IMG/VR virus record: IMGVR_UViG_3300027985_000843
Span: 124,001-188,000 of that record
Reading direction: 5' to 3' (one strand)
DNA length: 64,000 nt
Numbering within the stretch: the first letter of the stretch is position 1; each line of letters begins with the position of its first letter. A program made the translations under genes and the position numbers. The notes under the pieces are model-generated. The model was given only the letters and a program-made list of their open reading frames with translations. It was not told the origin of the DNA and did no database searches. This document shows, piece by piece, positions 19,883 to 29,330 of this stretch.

Positions 19883-21813
19883 CAGGTGCCCTCTTCCGCG
19901 TTCGGGTCGGAAATGTTGGTCAGAATGTCGTCATTGCGAGAGGGATCGAACTGACGAAGGATGTCCGCGTCTGTGACTGTGCCGTCCACCTGATCTTGAG
20001 GATCCACGCCCGCCACCCCGGCAAGGGAGAACAGGTCACCATCATTGACGGACGGGTCACCTGGGATGGTTGGGATGGCGCCCTGGGTCTGCGAGCTTTG
20101 GGCACCCGAGTATGCGAGCCCGTATTCGCTGTCAGGGCGGTCCAAGAGGTACGCTGACCGCACCTTGAACTCGAAGCTGTACTCTGCCGTGAAGGGGGCG
20201 GTGTCGGTCTCAGTGATGTTGAATGAGTCGAATGAGCCCACATACAGGGTGCTGTCGTAGTAGATGTAGATCGAACCGAGGAGGGTGAGGTTGTTGACCC
20301 CCTCTTCTGCCGTAAGGCTGTCGTCGAGCCACATGGCCGCGTTGCTTTGATACAGCAAGAACAGGGACATGAAGTTCCGCCAAGACTCGGAGAACTTCGC
20401 GGCTTTGCGGGTGAGACCAGGCCCTACCGCGTTGGTGATGTCCATCGCGTAGAAAGCCGCAATGCGTCCAGACGCAGACACGCTATCTTGGTCGTCTCCC
20501 CAGAACTCGATGATGGGACCCTGCCGTCCCCAGTTGCCATCCGAGACGATCTTCGCCCCCTTGACCGAGAACTTCTGTGGATTAACCAGAAGCCGAAGGG
20601 GTGGGGTGTTTTTCATCTGCTCCAGGGCTGCCTGCATGGCCGCAATCTGCTGACGCTGGGCGGCCTGGTACTTCTTGCCGAGGTCCGTTTGATTGAGAGG
20701 CGTCCCGTCAGTCTTGTCCTTTTCCTTCCTCGACGTCTTGGACGCATCACTACCATTAGGAACCCAGTCGCCCCCGCGCCCCTCGCCGACTGTCTCGACG
20801 GGGGCATCCGGCACGTCGTTCCCGAGAGCTGCCTCAGCCTCTGCGATCTTGGCTCGGACGAGCTGAGGGGGCAGGTTGGCGATCATCGTCGTCAGCATGG
20901 CGTGTGTGAGGCGCCCCTCTCCGTTCTTGTCCAGGCTGCTGTTCTGGTCATAAGCCCTTTGCTGAAAGTCCGACCTGGTGTAGACGTCTTTCCGCGTTGT
21001 GCCCGGAGGATACTTGCCGGCGTCGATCTGCGCCTGAACGTACTTCTCTTGGTAGGCAATGCTCGCATAGGCACTCCCGTCGGGATTTCTCAACCCGCCG
21101 AAGTGCTTGCCATACATGGCGTTACGGTCACCCTTCATGCGGACCCGCTTCATGTAGCGTTCCATCCATGCGAGCTGGTCCTCAGGACCGAGGTTGCCGT
21201 ACTCCTCCCACTCCTCCCGTGTCATGCCGGAGCCCCGGCCGCAGGACCACACGAACTGGCTCATCCCCACAGCTATGGGCTGGTTGGCCTCTTTCCTACG
21301 CTTGATCTCCGCAGGATTCACACCGTAGTTTTTCTCAGCCGGGTTGAATCCACTCTCGTTGTAGATGATGGCGGCCCAGTCCACAGGATTCGCGCCAACC
21401 CGGCGGCACATTCCGACGAATTTGATCCAGAAGTCGTCGGACAGTGAAGGGACGTAGCTGCCCCACGGGGCATCTTCGTCATACTTCCCTTCGGAGCTTC
21501 TATCGTCCCGGCTATCGGCCTCACGCTGCCCCGTTATCACAGGCACGTCTTCGTCCCGAGCAATGGTGGCGGAGCGGTCGAGGATGCGCCCTGTCACGTT
21601 CACCGCAGGGGGAATGACGCCCACCGCAAACAGCTTCGACGCTTGAGGGTTCCTTGTGTGTGCTGCCGTGAGCGGGATGAACTCGTTGGACAGGGCATCC
21701 ATGGACCTGTCCAACCGGCTGTAGAAGGTCAGGAGATTGGCGTAGACGGCCGGACCGTAGTAGTCAGCAGTGGCCTCGATGTCCTGGTAGATCTTGGGAT
21801 CGCCAAGTGCCAT
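19882..21813 (-). CDS. Lytic transglycosylase (SLT/lysozyme-like) fused to a tube-initiator (gp48/gp54-like) domain
   Basis: AAIIYNESGFNP (catalytic Glu), GMSQF, EDQL..ME.Y, Y.QN..LD.NG.G.LT. C-terminal L.VNPQ...I.FWG...D...SG is paralogous to the adjacent gene. Confidence 0.75.
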   Translation of the reverse strand: MALGDPKIYQDIEATADYYGPAVYANLLTFYSRLDRSMDALSNEFIPLTAAHTRNPQASKLFAVGVIPPAVNVTGRILDRSATIARDEDVPVITGQREADSRDDRSSEGKYDEDAPWGSYVPSLSDDFWIKFVGMCRRVGANPVDWAAIIYNESGFNPAEKNYGVNPAEIKRRKEANQPIAVGMSQFVWSCGRGSGMTREEWEEYGNLGPEDQLAWMERYMKRVRMKGDRNAMYGKHFGGLRNPDGSAYASIAYQEKYVQAQIDAGKYPPGTTRKDVYTRSDFQQRAYDQNSSLDKNGEGRLTHAMLTTMIANLPPQLVRAKIAEAEAALGNDVPDAPVETVGEGRGGDWVPNGSDASKTSRKEKDKTDGTPLNQTDLGKKYQAAQRQQIAAMQAALEQMKNTPPLRLLVNPQKFSVKGAKIVSDGNWGRQGPIIEFWGDDQDSVSASGRIAAFYAMDITNAVGPGLTRKAAKFSESWRNFMSLFLLYQSNAAMWLDDSLTAEEGVNNLTLLGSIYIYYDSTLYVGSFDSFNITETDTAPFTAEYSFEFKVRSAYLLDRPDSEYGLAYSGAQSSQTQGAIPTIPGDPSVNDGDLFSLAGVAGVDPQDQVDGTVTDADILRQFDPSRNDDILTNISDPNAEEGT

Positions 21814-22646
21814 CAGGTACCTCCCCTCAGAATTGCCGCAACGTCTGCGTCGACCTCATCATTGGCAGCTGACCGGGCAGCGTCGTCCTCCGTAAAGGCC
21901 CCTCGACGGGCTTGAGCGGCCGCCGCTGACGTGACCTCCTGTTGATACTCTTCGTCGGTTCTCACCCGGCTTGGGCCGGGCACAGAGGCATCTCCAGGCA
22001 CGTTCTGGGTTTGGAAGGTCGGGACAGGGGCATAGGCTAGACTGTAGAAGTCGGAGTAGGTGAATGGGACGCTCATGATGGTGTATTCGATCTTGAAGGC
22101 CCAGTTGAGGCGGAACGCGAACGGACTGTCGTCCGTCTCCTCGACCTCGAAGGATCGAAAGTGCCCCAAGTAGGTCCCCCGGTCGTACATGAGCATGATG
22201 TGTCCCTGAAGGACGATGTTCCCGTAGGGGTCGTAAAGGCTGCCGTTGTTCAAGTACAGGTCGTGCAGGTCCCTGTATCGGTCCCATGCGATGGTTCGCT
22301 GTCGGAGCACGGACGATAACCCCGTCCGAATATGCATGAACGTCCCCGTCGACCCGTCCGCCGTGATCTCGATGAGATCCTGCCCCCAGTGTTGCTCGAC
22401 CCACCCACCTCGCGTTTGAAAGCGCTCCACCTTCTGAACGTAGCTCTCGTTCAAGCTCTGCGGATTGACGTGAAGAACCAACGTGTGCGGCAACAGGATG
22501 CGAGTCCGGTTGAAAGGACTCGTCACCTGGAAAGCCATGGCGATGGGCTTGTTCTTCCTGCCCGCCGCAGGGTGCTCATAGACATTGCCCTGTGTTGGGA
22601 CAGGAGCCTCCGCGAAGTCCGGGTTGGGTGAGGGGATGCGAGGCAT
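21813..22646 (-). CDS. Tail tube initiator / baseplate-tube junction protein (gp48/gp54-like)
   Basis: 277 aa right after the tape measure. LHVNPQSL.ESY......QTRGGWVEQHWG.....I.ADG.TG and G.F.SFEV.ETD.SPF motifs. Confidence 0.65.
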   Translation of the reverse strand: MPRIPSPNPDFAEAPVPTQGNVYEHPAAGRKNKPIAMAFQVTSPFNRTRILLPHTLVLHVNPQSLNESYVQKVERFQTRGGWVEQHWGQDLIEITADGSTGTFMHIRTGLSSVLRQRTIAWDRYRDLHDLYLNNGSLYDPYGNIVLQGHIMLMYDRGTYLGHFRSFEVEETDDSPFAFRLNWAFKIEYTIMSVPFTYSDFYSLAYAPVPTFQTQNVPGDASVPGPSRVRTDEEYQQEVTSAAAAQARRGAFTEDDAARSAANDEVDADVAAILRGGT

Positions 22647-25600
22647 CAGGAGTTCCTCTCACGCTGTTTGTACTCGTAGATCCCATCCATGACCTGCGCC
22701 CTGATCAGACGCTGGGCGTTGGGGTCCAGGGTGATGTGGACGTTGGTCGTCCCACCGCCCCCGCCGCGACCCCGGGCATAAGCGGGCCGAATCTCCTCGC
22801 CCGGGCCGATGGCCGCATAGCCCTCACCCGGAGGCGGTGGCTGGACGACAGCGAGTCCGTCTCTGACGTGGGTCACGAGCCCGCCATGTTGGTTCGGCTC
22901 ACCGCCCGCACCAACCTCCCCAGTCGACATGTTGCCGTACAGCTCGTCGCCGGTTCCGATCTGCTCACTGAAGGGCCGAGCAAAATCCTCAACCGACAGG
23001 TTGGATTCCCGCATCAGATCCGCCACCTGGCCGCGATCCATTTCAGAGTACATCCAGTATTCGAACAAGGCTGTGCGAGCCGCGTCCAAGACAGCTTCCT
23101 TGACCACCTTCTTGTAGTCCCCCTTGAGGAACTTGGTGCTGTACTTGACGTACAGGGTGCCGTCCTTGGTCGCCTTCTCATCCAAGTGAGCCGAGGACTC
23201 CGCACTCGCCTTGGTGGCCTCTGCGGTGGCCTTGGCCTCCTCGTAGTAGCCAGTCTCTTCGAGAGCCGGCGTCATCGCAGTCATAGTTTTCAGGGCTTCG
23301 GTGCTGTCCTCTATCCACGGCACCTTCTCCATGACCTTCGCCATCTCTTCTTCGGTGATGCCCGCGTGCTTCAGGGCATCTGCCATCATCGCCTTGTCGT
23401 CCACCGCTCCCGCGTGGGTAGACCGATAGCTCATGTACTTGAACAACTTGGAGGACGTATCTCCCTCGCCACCACCCATACCGGCGGCCTTCATGGCCTC
23501 GCCCATGCTCTTCGAGGACATGTTTTCCATCATGGCCTTCTTCATGTCATCGAAAGCTTTCTGACTGCTATCAGCGGCCCTCAGTTGCGACTCAGCCGCC
23601 ACCAGAGCCTTCTCATCGGCGTCAGTCCACTTGCTAGGGTCCGAGGACTTGCGTTCTGCCAAGCTTGTGTACTTGGCCTCGATGTCGTCCCGATTGGAAT
23701 TGGTGGTCGCAAAGGTAGACGCGGCTTTGCCGATAGCAGATGCGAGGGCTGTCTTGGCGAGCCCTCCTTTGACATCGCCTCCCTTGCTAGCCACGCTCAC
23801 CAGCTCGTTCTTGGCGGCGCCTCCCTCTCTTGCAGCCTTGATCTGAGCTATCCGCTTCTTCGTCTCCTCGTCACCAACACCAGGGATGTTCATGATGCCC
23901 TCCCAGATGCCCAACATCGCGTTGTAGATCTGGTTCATGACGAAGTCGACGAGCACCCCGAGCTTGTCGATCAAGCTCTGGGTCATCTTCCCTTGGTCCT
24001 TGGCGAAGTCCTCCATGCTCTTGGCATCATCCTTGAGGGCCTTCTGCTCTTCCTCGCTCATCGAATCGAGGATGTCTTGTGTGGACCCGTTCAAGGCCAA
24101 GTCCTTGTCGCCTTGTGCGAGAAGCGCCTTTCGTTGCTCCTCCACAGCAACCTCCAACTTCATCATGCCGCGAAGTTGCTGAGTGGACATGCCCAGCATC
24201 TCGGACATTTTAGTCATTCCGAGGTTACCTGCACCCTCCATGAGGGAGTTACCCCCGCCGAATCTCGAAAGGGCTGCACGCATCATGTCGACCGTCGAGC
24301 CCATACCGAGGTTTTCCATCGCGAAAGCTTGCCCGTAGACCCCCTTCTTGGAAGCATTCTCGTCGATATTCAATTCGAGAGAGGACTCTCGAAGGGTACC
24401 CAACTGTTCCTTGGCCCTGTCTTGGACCTTGTCCCACAGGGCCTTCGGGTCTGAGGTGATCTGATCCCGGACAGCGTCAGCCTGTTCCCCGATGGCCTTC
24501 CCGATGTCGCGGTAGAGATTCTCTCTCCGAGTCTGCAAGTCCTGTTCGACGATCTTCTTACCCTTGTTGCCCGCAAGAAGGGCGACCTTGAGGCGCTCGT
24601 CCTGGCCCATGTTCTTGAGGCCCTGGGCCGCCTGCTGCATGAACTTCGCAGCGTTGCGAGGGTTCATCACCTTGCCCAGCATCTTGAGCAGCTTGACCGC
24701 AGAACCCATTCGAACGTTGTAGAGGGACAGGTCCTGCGACACGCCACGGATGATAGTGAAGAACCGGTTGGCGGCGATGCCCGACTCGGTGGCTGACCGT
24801 GTCATCTGAGCAAAGGCCAGTCTCGTGTCTTCGAGCCCCATCCCGAGGTCGGTCATCATCTCGCCCTGGAACTTGGTCACCTCCTGGAGAGACACGCCGA
24901 AGGCCCGGGAATAGGCCACGCTCACGTGGGTGAGTTCTGACGCGAACTCCCCTACTTCCTTCTTGGCAACAGCCGCCTCTTGAGTGATGCGCTTGATTGA
25001 CACGCCTTCTTGCGTAAGTGTCGAGATGACGGCCACGTGCTCGTCCGAAGAGATGCCCCACTTGATGTTCTCCCACGAGAAGGCCGCGTCTCGAATGGAT
25101 TTCATCGCATCAGACAAGTCCTCGTAAGCCAGGGCCGTATCACCCGCCGCCCCGGCCATGAACTCAGCGGTGCTCGCGGACTCCAGGATGCTCTTCTGGA
25201 ACTTCTTGGCCTTGGCGTCTGCGTCGATCATGACCTGCACAACAGCCATGAGAGCCGCCGTAACGCCCCCGATGACAGGACCAAGCTTCGAGAGCGTGGA
25301 CACCATGCTGCCCATTTTGCCCATAGCCCCGCCCACAGCCTTCAGGCTCTTGCCAGCGAGGGCTGTGGCCTTACCGGCACCCGGCTTGTTCATCAGGCCG
25401 GTGCCAACCCCTCTGAGCTTGACTCCGCCAGTACCGATGCCGCTGAGGAACATCTTGCCAACGCTCTTGGCGATACCGCCACCACCCTTCAGCATGCCTG
25501 GGATGTCACGCTGGAAGAAGCTGCGCATCGTCTCCTTGAAGTCCTTGGCAGCCTCACCCATCCCCTTTTTGGCTTCGGTCCCCATGGCCTTCATGTCGAA

Positions 25601-25972
25601 GGGAGAGACCTCTGTCTTCTTCCGCTTGAGCTGTTTTGCCAGGGCCTTGATCTGGTTGTCGATGCCCTTCTTGGCCGAATCGTCAGCGCTCTCTCGTTGC
25701 CTCTTCAGATGCTCGATGGCGTTGTCCAGACGCCGGATCTCTTTGATCTCGTTCGAGTAATACCCCGAGACCTTCCCGAGATTATCGATCCAGTCCTCTG
25801 TGGAGTCGGCAGCATCATCTGATACTCGTTGGGCCGTCTTGCCGAGCTTCTCGATGCTCTTGCTGACCTTGCCGATCTGCCTGTCCATCTCACGCTGGAA
25901 CTTGGCAGCCTCCCGCACACCTTTCTTGGTATCGACGTCAATGACGTAGCCTAGGACTTCTTTGTCGGCCAT
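22646..25972 (-). CDS. Tape measure protein
   Basis: 1108 aa, Ala/Lys/Met-rich helical, coiled-coil N-terminus, hydrophobic segments, C-terminal IGPGEEIRP...GGGG. Canonical position after tube and chaperones. Confidence 0.85.
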   Translation of the reverse strand: MADKEVLGYVIDVDTKKGVREAAKFQREMDRQIGKVSKSIEKLGKTAQRVSDDAADSTEDWIDNLGKVSGYYSNEIKEIRRLDNAIEHLKRQRESADDSAKKGIDNQIKALAKQLKRKKTEVSPFDMKAMGTEAKKGMGEAAKDFKETMRSFFQRDIPGMLKGGGGIAKSVGKMFLSGIGTGGVKLRGVGTGLMNKPGAGKATALAGKSLKAVGGAMGKMGSMVSTLSKLGPVIGGVTAALMAVVQVMIDADAKAKKFQKSILESASTAEFMAGAAGDTALAYEDLSDAMKSIRDAAFSWENIKWGISSDEHVAVISTLTQEGVSIKRITQEAAVAKKEVGEFASELTHVSVAYSRAFGVSLQEVTKFQGEMMTDLGMGLEDTRLAFAQMTRSATESGIAANRFFTIIRGVSQDLSLYNVRMGSAVKLLKMLGKVMNPRNAAKFMQQAAQGLKNMGQDERLKVALLAGNKGKKIVEQDLQTRRENLYRDIGKAIGEQADAVRDQITSDPKALWDKVQDRAKEQLGTLRESSLELNIDENASKKGVYGQAFAMENLGMGSTVDMMRAALSRFGGGNSLMEGAGNLGMTKMSEMLGMSTQQLRGMMKLEVAVEEQRKALLAQGDKDLALNGSTQDILDSMSEEEQKALKDDAKSMEDFAKDQGKMTQSLIDKLGVLVDFVMNQIYNAMLGIWEGIMNIPGVGDEETKKRIAQIKAAREGGAAKNELVSVASKGGDVKGGLAKTALASAIGKAASTFATTNSNRDDIEAKYTSLAERKSSDPSKWTDADEKALVAAESQLRAADSSQKAFDDMKKAMMENMSSKSMGEAMKAAGMGGGEGDTSSKLFKYMSYRSTHAGAVDDKAMMADALKHAGITEEEMAKVMEKVPWIEDSTEALKTMTAMTPALEETGYYEEAKATAEATKASAESSAHLDEKATKDGTLYVKYSTKFLKGDYKKVVKEAVLDAARTALFEYWMYSEMDRGQVADLMRESNLSVEDFARPFSEQIGTGDELYGNMSTGEVGAGGEPNQHGGLVTHVRDGLAVVQPPPPGEGYAAIGPGEEIRPAYARGRGGGGGTTNVHITLDPNAQRLIRAQVMDGIYEYKQRERNS

Positions 25973-27240
25973 TACCGGTTACCTCGTCTGAAAGGCTTGC
26001 CTGGAGGTCTCTGCGCCACAACCACAGGGGCAACTTCTCGTAGCTGCTGTTCTGTGACCTTGGGGTCGTGCCACTTGTCCATGAATTCGGACAGCTTGGG
26101 GTCGAACGCCTCCGGGAACTTCTGAGCAGCTGACGCCTTACTAGCAACCAGCCTTCGTCGATCCGCGATACGCTGTTGGACTTCCTCTTGTGTGAGGCCC
26201 CGAGTTATCTCTGCCCCACCGACCACAGCATTCGGGCCAAACTGCTCGATATGCTGGTCTCGAAGGGTTTCGAGAGCCTGCATGCGTTCTGCGTAGCGGG
26301 CTCGAACGCGGGCCTCTTGAGCCTCGACCACCTGATCGTGCCAGTCTTTTTCGCCCCTCAGATCGTTCTCCAGCTGTTCAGCCAGCTCTTCCACAGTGCG
26401 AGCTACCTGAGTGGGAGACCCCGCCTTGGCCGTCGAAGAGGTCAACGATTCGTTCAACAGAGCCGCTCGCAAGAGACGGTCTCTTCTTGCCAGCCGATCG
26501 TTGCGCTCCCTCTCTCGCCGTTGCTTATCGCGATTGTTGATCGGTGCAAGGCCCTTGCTACCGGCGAAAGCTCCCGCAACGAACTTGGTATTCTCCCACT
26601 CCCTCTCGATTTGCTCTTGCTGATCCTCGAAGTAGTTGATCGCTCGCCACGTAAGCTGCCCCCAGTTGAGACCGAGTGCCTCCGTACCAGAGAAGCCCGT
26701 CACAGCAGACGACGTCAGGTCGAGCTTCTGGTATTGCGCCCAACGAAGCCTCGACTGAGAGTCCATGGCGTAGACGTCCGTCAACAGAACCGCCCGGCTG
26801 GCTCTTCGGTTGACCTCGCTGAGGTTCCGGATGACCTTCTGCTTGGATCTGTTCTCGAACTGTCGGAAGGTCTCGGCAATGTCGGGGATCCATCGCTCCC
26901 GGTCCGGGAGGATGTTGATGCCATCGACCATCAGAACACCGAAGGCCAGGAAGTAGTTGTAGAAGTTCGAGCGGCCCTGTCGACCGGTCGGATTCACCGT
27001 GAGTAAGAGACGCTCGTATTCGTGATGGTTGAGCGACTTAAAGACGAAGGTGACCCCGTTTATCTCCGCTGCCACGTACAGAAAGCCGTGAAACAGTAGA
27101 GGTTCCACGTCCTTCAGAAGCTCAGGGTTGACCTCAGGCGGCTTCGGAGCCTCGATGTGGATGTCCTCGGCGGTACCTGTATGCTGACGTTCGAGCCGTG
27201 CTTGCTCGCGAGCATACTGCTGTTCCGCTGCCGTCGACAT
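25972..27240 (-). CDS. Putative tail assembly chaperone 2
   Basis: 422 aa just upstream of the tape measure. N-terminal GFL....I.G..F.FKSL...EY resembles the neighbouring chaperone. Confidence 0.6.
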   Translation of the reverse strand: MSTAAEQQYAREQARLERQHTGTAEDIHIEAPKPPEVNPELLKDVEPLLFHGFLYVAAEINGVTFVFKSLNHHEYERLLLTVNPTGRQGRSNFYNYFLAFGVLMVDGINILPDRERWIPDIAETFRQFENRSKQKVIRNLSEVNRRASRAVLLTDVYAMDSQSRLRWAQYQKLDLTSSAVTGFSGTEALGLNWGQLTWRAINYFEDQQEQIEREWENTKFVAGAFAGSKGLAPINNRDKQRRERERNDRLARRDRLLRAALLNESLTSSTAKAGSPTQVARTVEELAEQLENDLRGEKDWHDQVVEAQEARVRARYAERMQALETLRDQHIEQFGPNAVVGGAEITRGLTQEEVQQRIADRRRLVASKASAAQKFPEAFDPKLSEFMDKWHDPKVTEQQLREVAPVVVAQRPPGKPFRRGNR

Positions 27241-27241
27241 G

Positions 27242-28417
27242 TCATCCTTGTGGTGGCTTGAACCGCGTGTTGATTCCTACCCTAGGCGGCGTACCGATAA
27301 TTGTTCGAGCCCCTCTCCCGTCCACACTCTTGATGGGTTCCGAAAGTACGGCGACCTCTCCCCCATGAGGGTCGTACATACCTGTTTCGTCCAGAATGCC
27401 CGGATCCACCTGGGATTCGAGATTCGCGATGGCGGCGGATCGCCCCCGCATGCTCGACGCATTCTCCGCAGCTGCCTTTCGGATGTGCTCAGGGACCTCG
27501 ACCTTTTTGGCTGCTGGCACAGCTTCGTCTTGCACTGGACGCGACACCGTCACGGGTCGACGATTGAGCGGCATCCGTGTTCGCATCAGCTCTTCGGGCG
27601 TTGGGTCCGAAGATGCCCGTTGCACGGGCTCGGGAGCGGGTTCAGGAGCCTTTTGCCTCACTGGCGGCTCAGGGGCCACGGGCAGAGACTCGGTGGCCTG
27701 AGGGGCCACTTGGACGTTCTGGAGGCGAGAGGTCACACGATCGAACTCTTCCTTCGAGGACGACTTGAAGAACCCAACCTCGTTGTAGATGGCGGACACC
27801 ATCTCGGGCGGCAGGTCCTCTTCGGCTTCCTTCAGCTCGGAGAGGATCCGACGAAACTTCTCCTCGGCTGTTTCGTCTGGGATCTTGAAGGTGACCCCCT
27901 CGCGGGCCTTCTCGTCGGCCATGTCCAAGACCTCGGCGAACTTCTTCCACGCGACGGCAACAGCCTCCCTCCCCCATCCGGGTAGAAGGTGTTCCTTGAT
28001 CCACGTGTGCCGTTCGAGGCGAACGGAGCGGGGCTCGCCACTAGGAGGGATCAAGCCCGCCTCGCCACTCCTCTTCCGGACCTCTTCCACGATGGCCTCG
28101 GCGGCCTTCTTGTTTGGAAGTTGGGCCTCAACCACGTAGGCACCGCTTGGGACCTCTTCCTCGATGAACTGAACGTCTCGAAGATCTTGGTCCCCGATCT
28201 CCACGATCGCTCGACAGATGTGACCCTCTTGGAAGCCGTACAGGTAGGCCACCTCGTCGAGATCCTCCGTCTCAGCGTGGATGTCGTTGTAGTCAGACGT
28301 GGTGAGGTTCTGAAGAACGATTGAGCACCCGTCGATGGTGACGGGTATCTCGACGCGCCCTACCTGCTTGGCTCGATTGAGTGCCTCTAGAACCTTCGAT
28401 GCTTGCAACGTTGCCAT
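27242..28417 (-). CDS. Putative tail assembly chaperone 1
   Basis: Follows the tube gene. GRVE..V.I.G....L.NL...DY motif; Pro-rich disordered C-half. Start placed at the second ATG, 6 nt after AGGAG. Confidence 0.6.
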   Translation of the reverse strand: MATLQASKVLEALNRAKQVGRVEIPVTIDGCSIVLQNLTTSDYNDIHAETEDLDEVAYLYGFQEGHICRAIVEIGDQDLRDVQFIEEEVPSGAYVVEAQLPNKKAAEAIVEEVRKRSGEAGLIPPSGEPRSVRLERHTWIKEHLLPGWGREAVAVAWKKFAEVLDMADEKAREGVTFKIPDETAEEKFRRILSELKEAEEDLPPEMVSAIYNEVGFFKSSSKEEFDRVTSRLQNVQVAPQATESLPVAPEPPVRQKAPEPAPEPVQRASSDPTPEELMRTRMPLNRRPVTVSRPVQDEAVPAAKKVEVPEHIRKAAAENASSMRGRSAAIANLESQVDPGILDETGMYDPHGGEVAVLSEPIKSVDGRGARTIIGTPPRVGINTRFKPPQG

Positions 28418-28444
28418 CCCCATCTCCTTTTCATCTCACCCAGG

Positions 28445-28534
28445 GACGGCGACGAAGACGAAAGCGATTAGACCTGATTCATTAGGCACCAATTGCCGCT
28501 GGAGGGTCTTTTTATTTTCATCTTCATCGTCGTC
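28445..28534 (-). promoter_or_regulatory. Long intergenic RNA hairpin between tube and chaperone 1
   Basis: On the mRNA strand GACGACGAUGAAGAUGAAA pairs with UUUCGUCUUCGUCGCCGUC (18/19 including 2 G-U), with an inner AGACC/GGUCU stem. Confidence 0.55.
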
Positions 28535-28550
28535 TAGGCGTTGCCGACGC

Positions 28551-29288
28551 TCAGAGAGGCGTCGGGGAACCTGCACCACCAGCGAACCGCAAGGAGTAGC
28601 CCTTGCCGGCCGCAGACCCCGCACTCGGAGCGAGTCCGGTGTCCATCCACTCGCCGTATTCGCTGAGGCCGTCGATGATGTCCGTCACCGTGACAGAACC
28701 ATTCTCCGCCACGATGGCAGAGTCCGCCGCGAACGACGCAGAGTAGCTGTTGAACCAGCAACCCTCGAAGAACGTAAACAGGGCCCGAGCCGTGCCGATC
28801 GGGGCACCGGCACCTGAGCCGTTGACGCCCGTCTGCACTGTGGCTGTGCCCACGCCAAGAGCGCCGTCGATGTCGCCTTCCACATTGGTGCCACCGGAGA
28901 CGATCTCGGAGAAGACCAGCTCCTGCTTGATGTCGAACGGCCACCGGTGGTGCTTGAGGGACCGAACCAGGCCCTCGACACCGCCCTTGTAGCCTACGAC
29001 CTGGAAGAGGTTCACGGCGTACATCAGCGTTTTGTTCAGGGTCAGGGTCATGGGCTCGGTCACGCCAGGGACCAGCTCAGCGATCTGGTCGCCGTAGCCC
29101 ACACCTCGAACGGCTTCCACGGCCCGAGACTCGTCCGAGTTGAATTCCGAGACCACGCCGATCTGCTGGAATTGGCCTACGCTGTACATGTAGCCGTAGA
29201 CCTTGTTTTTCTGGCTGGATGCAGCACGGGTGTTCGGAGCCGTGCCCATTCTGTAGATGTAGTTCGATGCGGAACTGGGGGATGCCAT
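28551..29288 (-). CDS. Tail tube protein
   Basis: 245 aa. QIG.V.EF...ESR.VE..RG.G.GD...ELVPG, L.LNKT, L.H..WPFDI, T.FEGCWF.SYS motifs fit contractile-tail tube proteins. Upstream of chaperones and tape measure. Confidence 0.85.
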   Translation of the reverse strand: MASPSSASNYIYRMGTAPNTRAASSQKNKVYGYMYSVGQFQQIGVVSEFNSDESRAVEAVRGVGYGDQIAELVPGVTEPMTLTLNKTLMYAVNLFQVVGYKGGVEGLVRSLKHHRWPFDIKQELVFSEIVSGGTNVEGDIDGALGVGTATVQTGVNGSGAGAPIGTARALFTFFEGCWFNSYSASFAADSAIVAENGSVTVTDIIDGLSEYGEWMDTGLAPSAGSAAGKGYSLRFAGGAGSPTPL

Positions 29289-29330
29289 TATCTCGTCTCC
29301 TGTGCGTCTGGGTCTAGTCTCAACGACCTA

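Noticed and set aside
25972-28423. Programmed frameshift between the tail chaperones
   Set aside because: No XXXYYYZ slippery site was seen near the end of chaperone 1, and chaperone 2 has its own ATG 1 nt after the stop.
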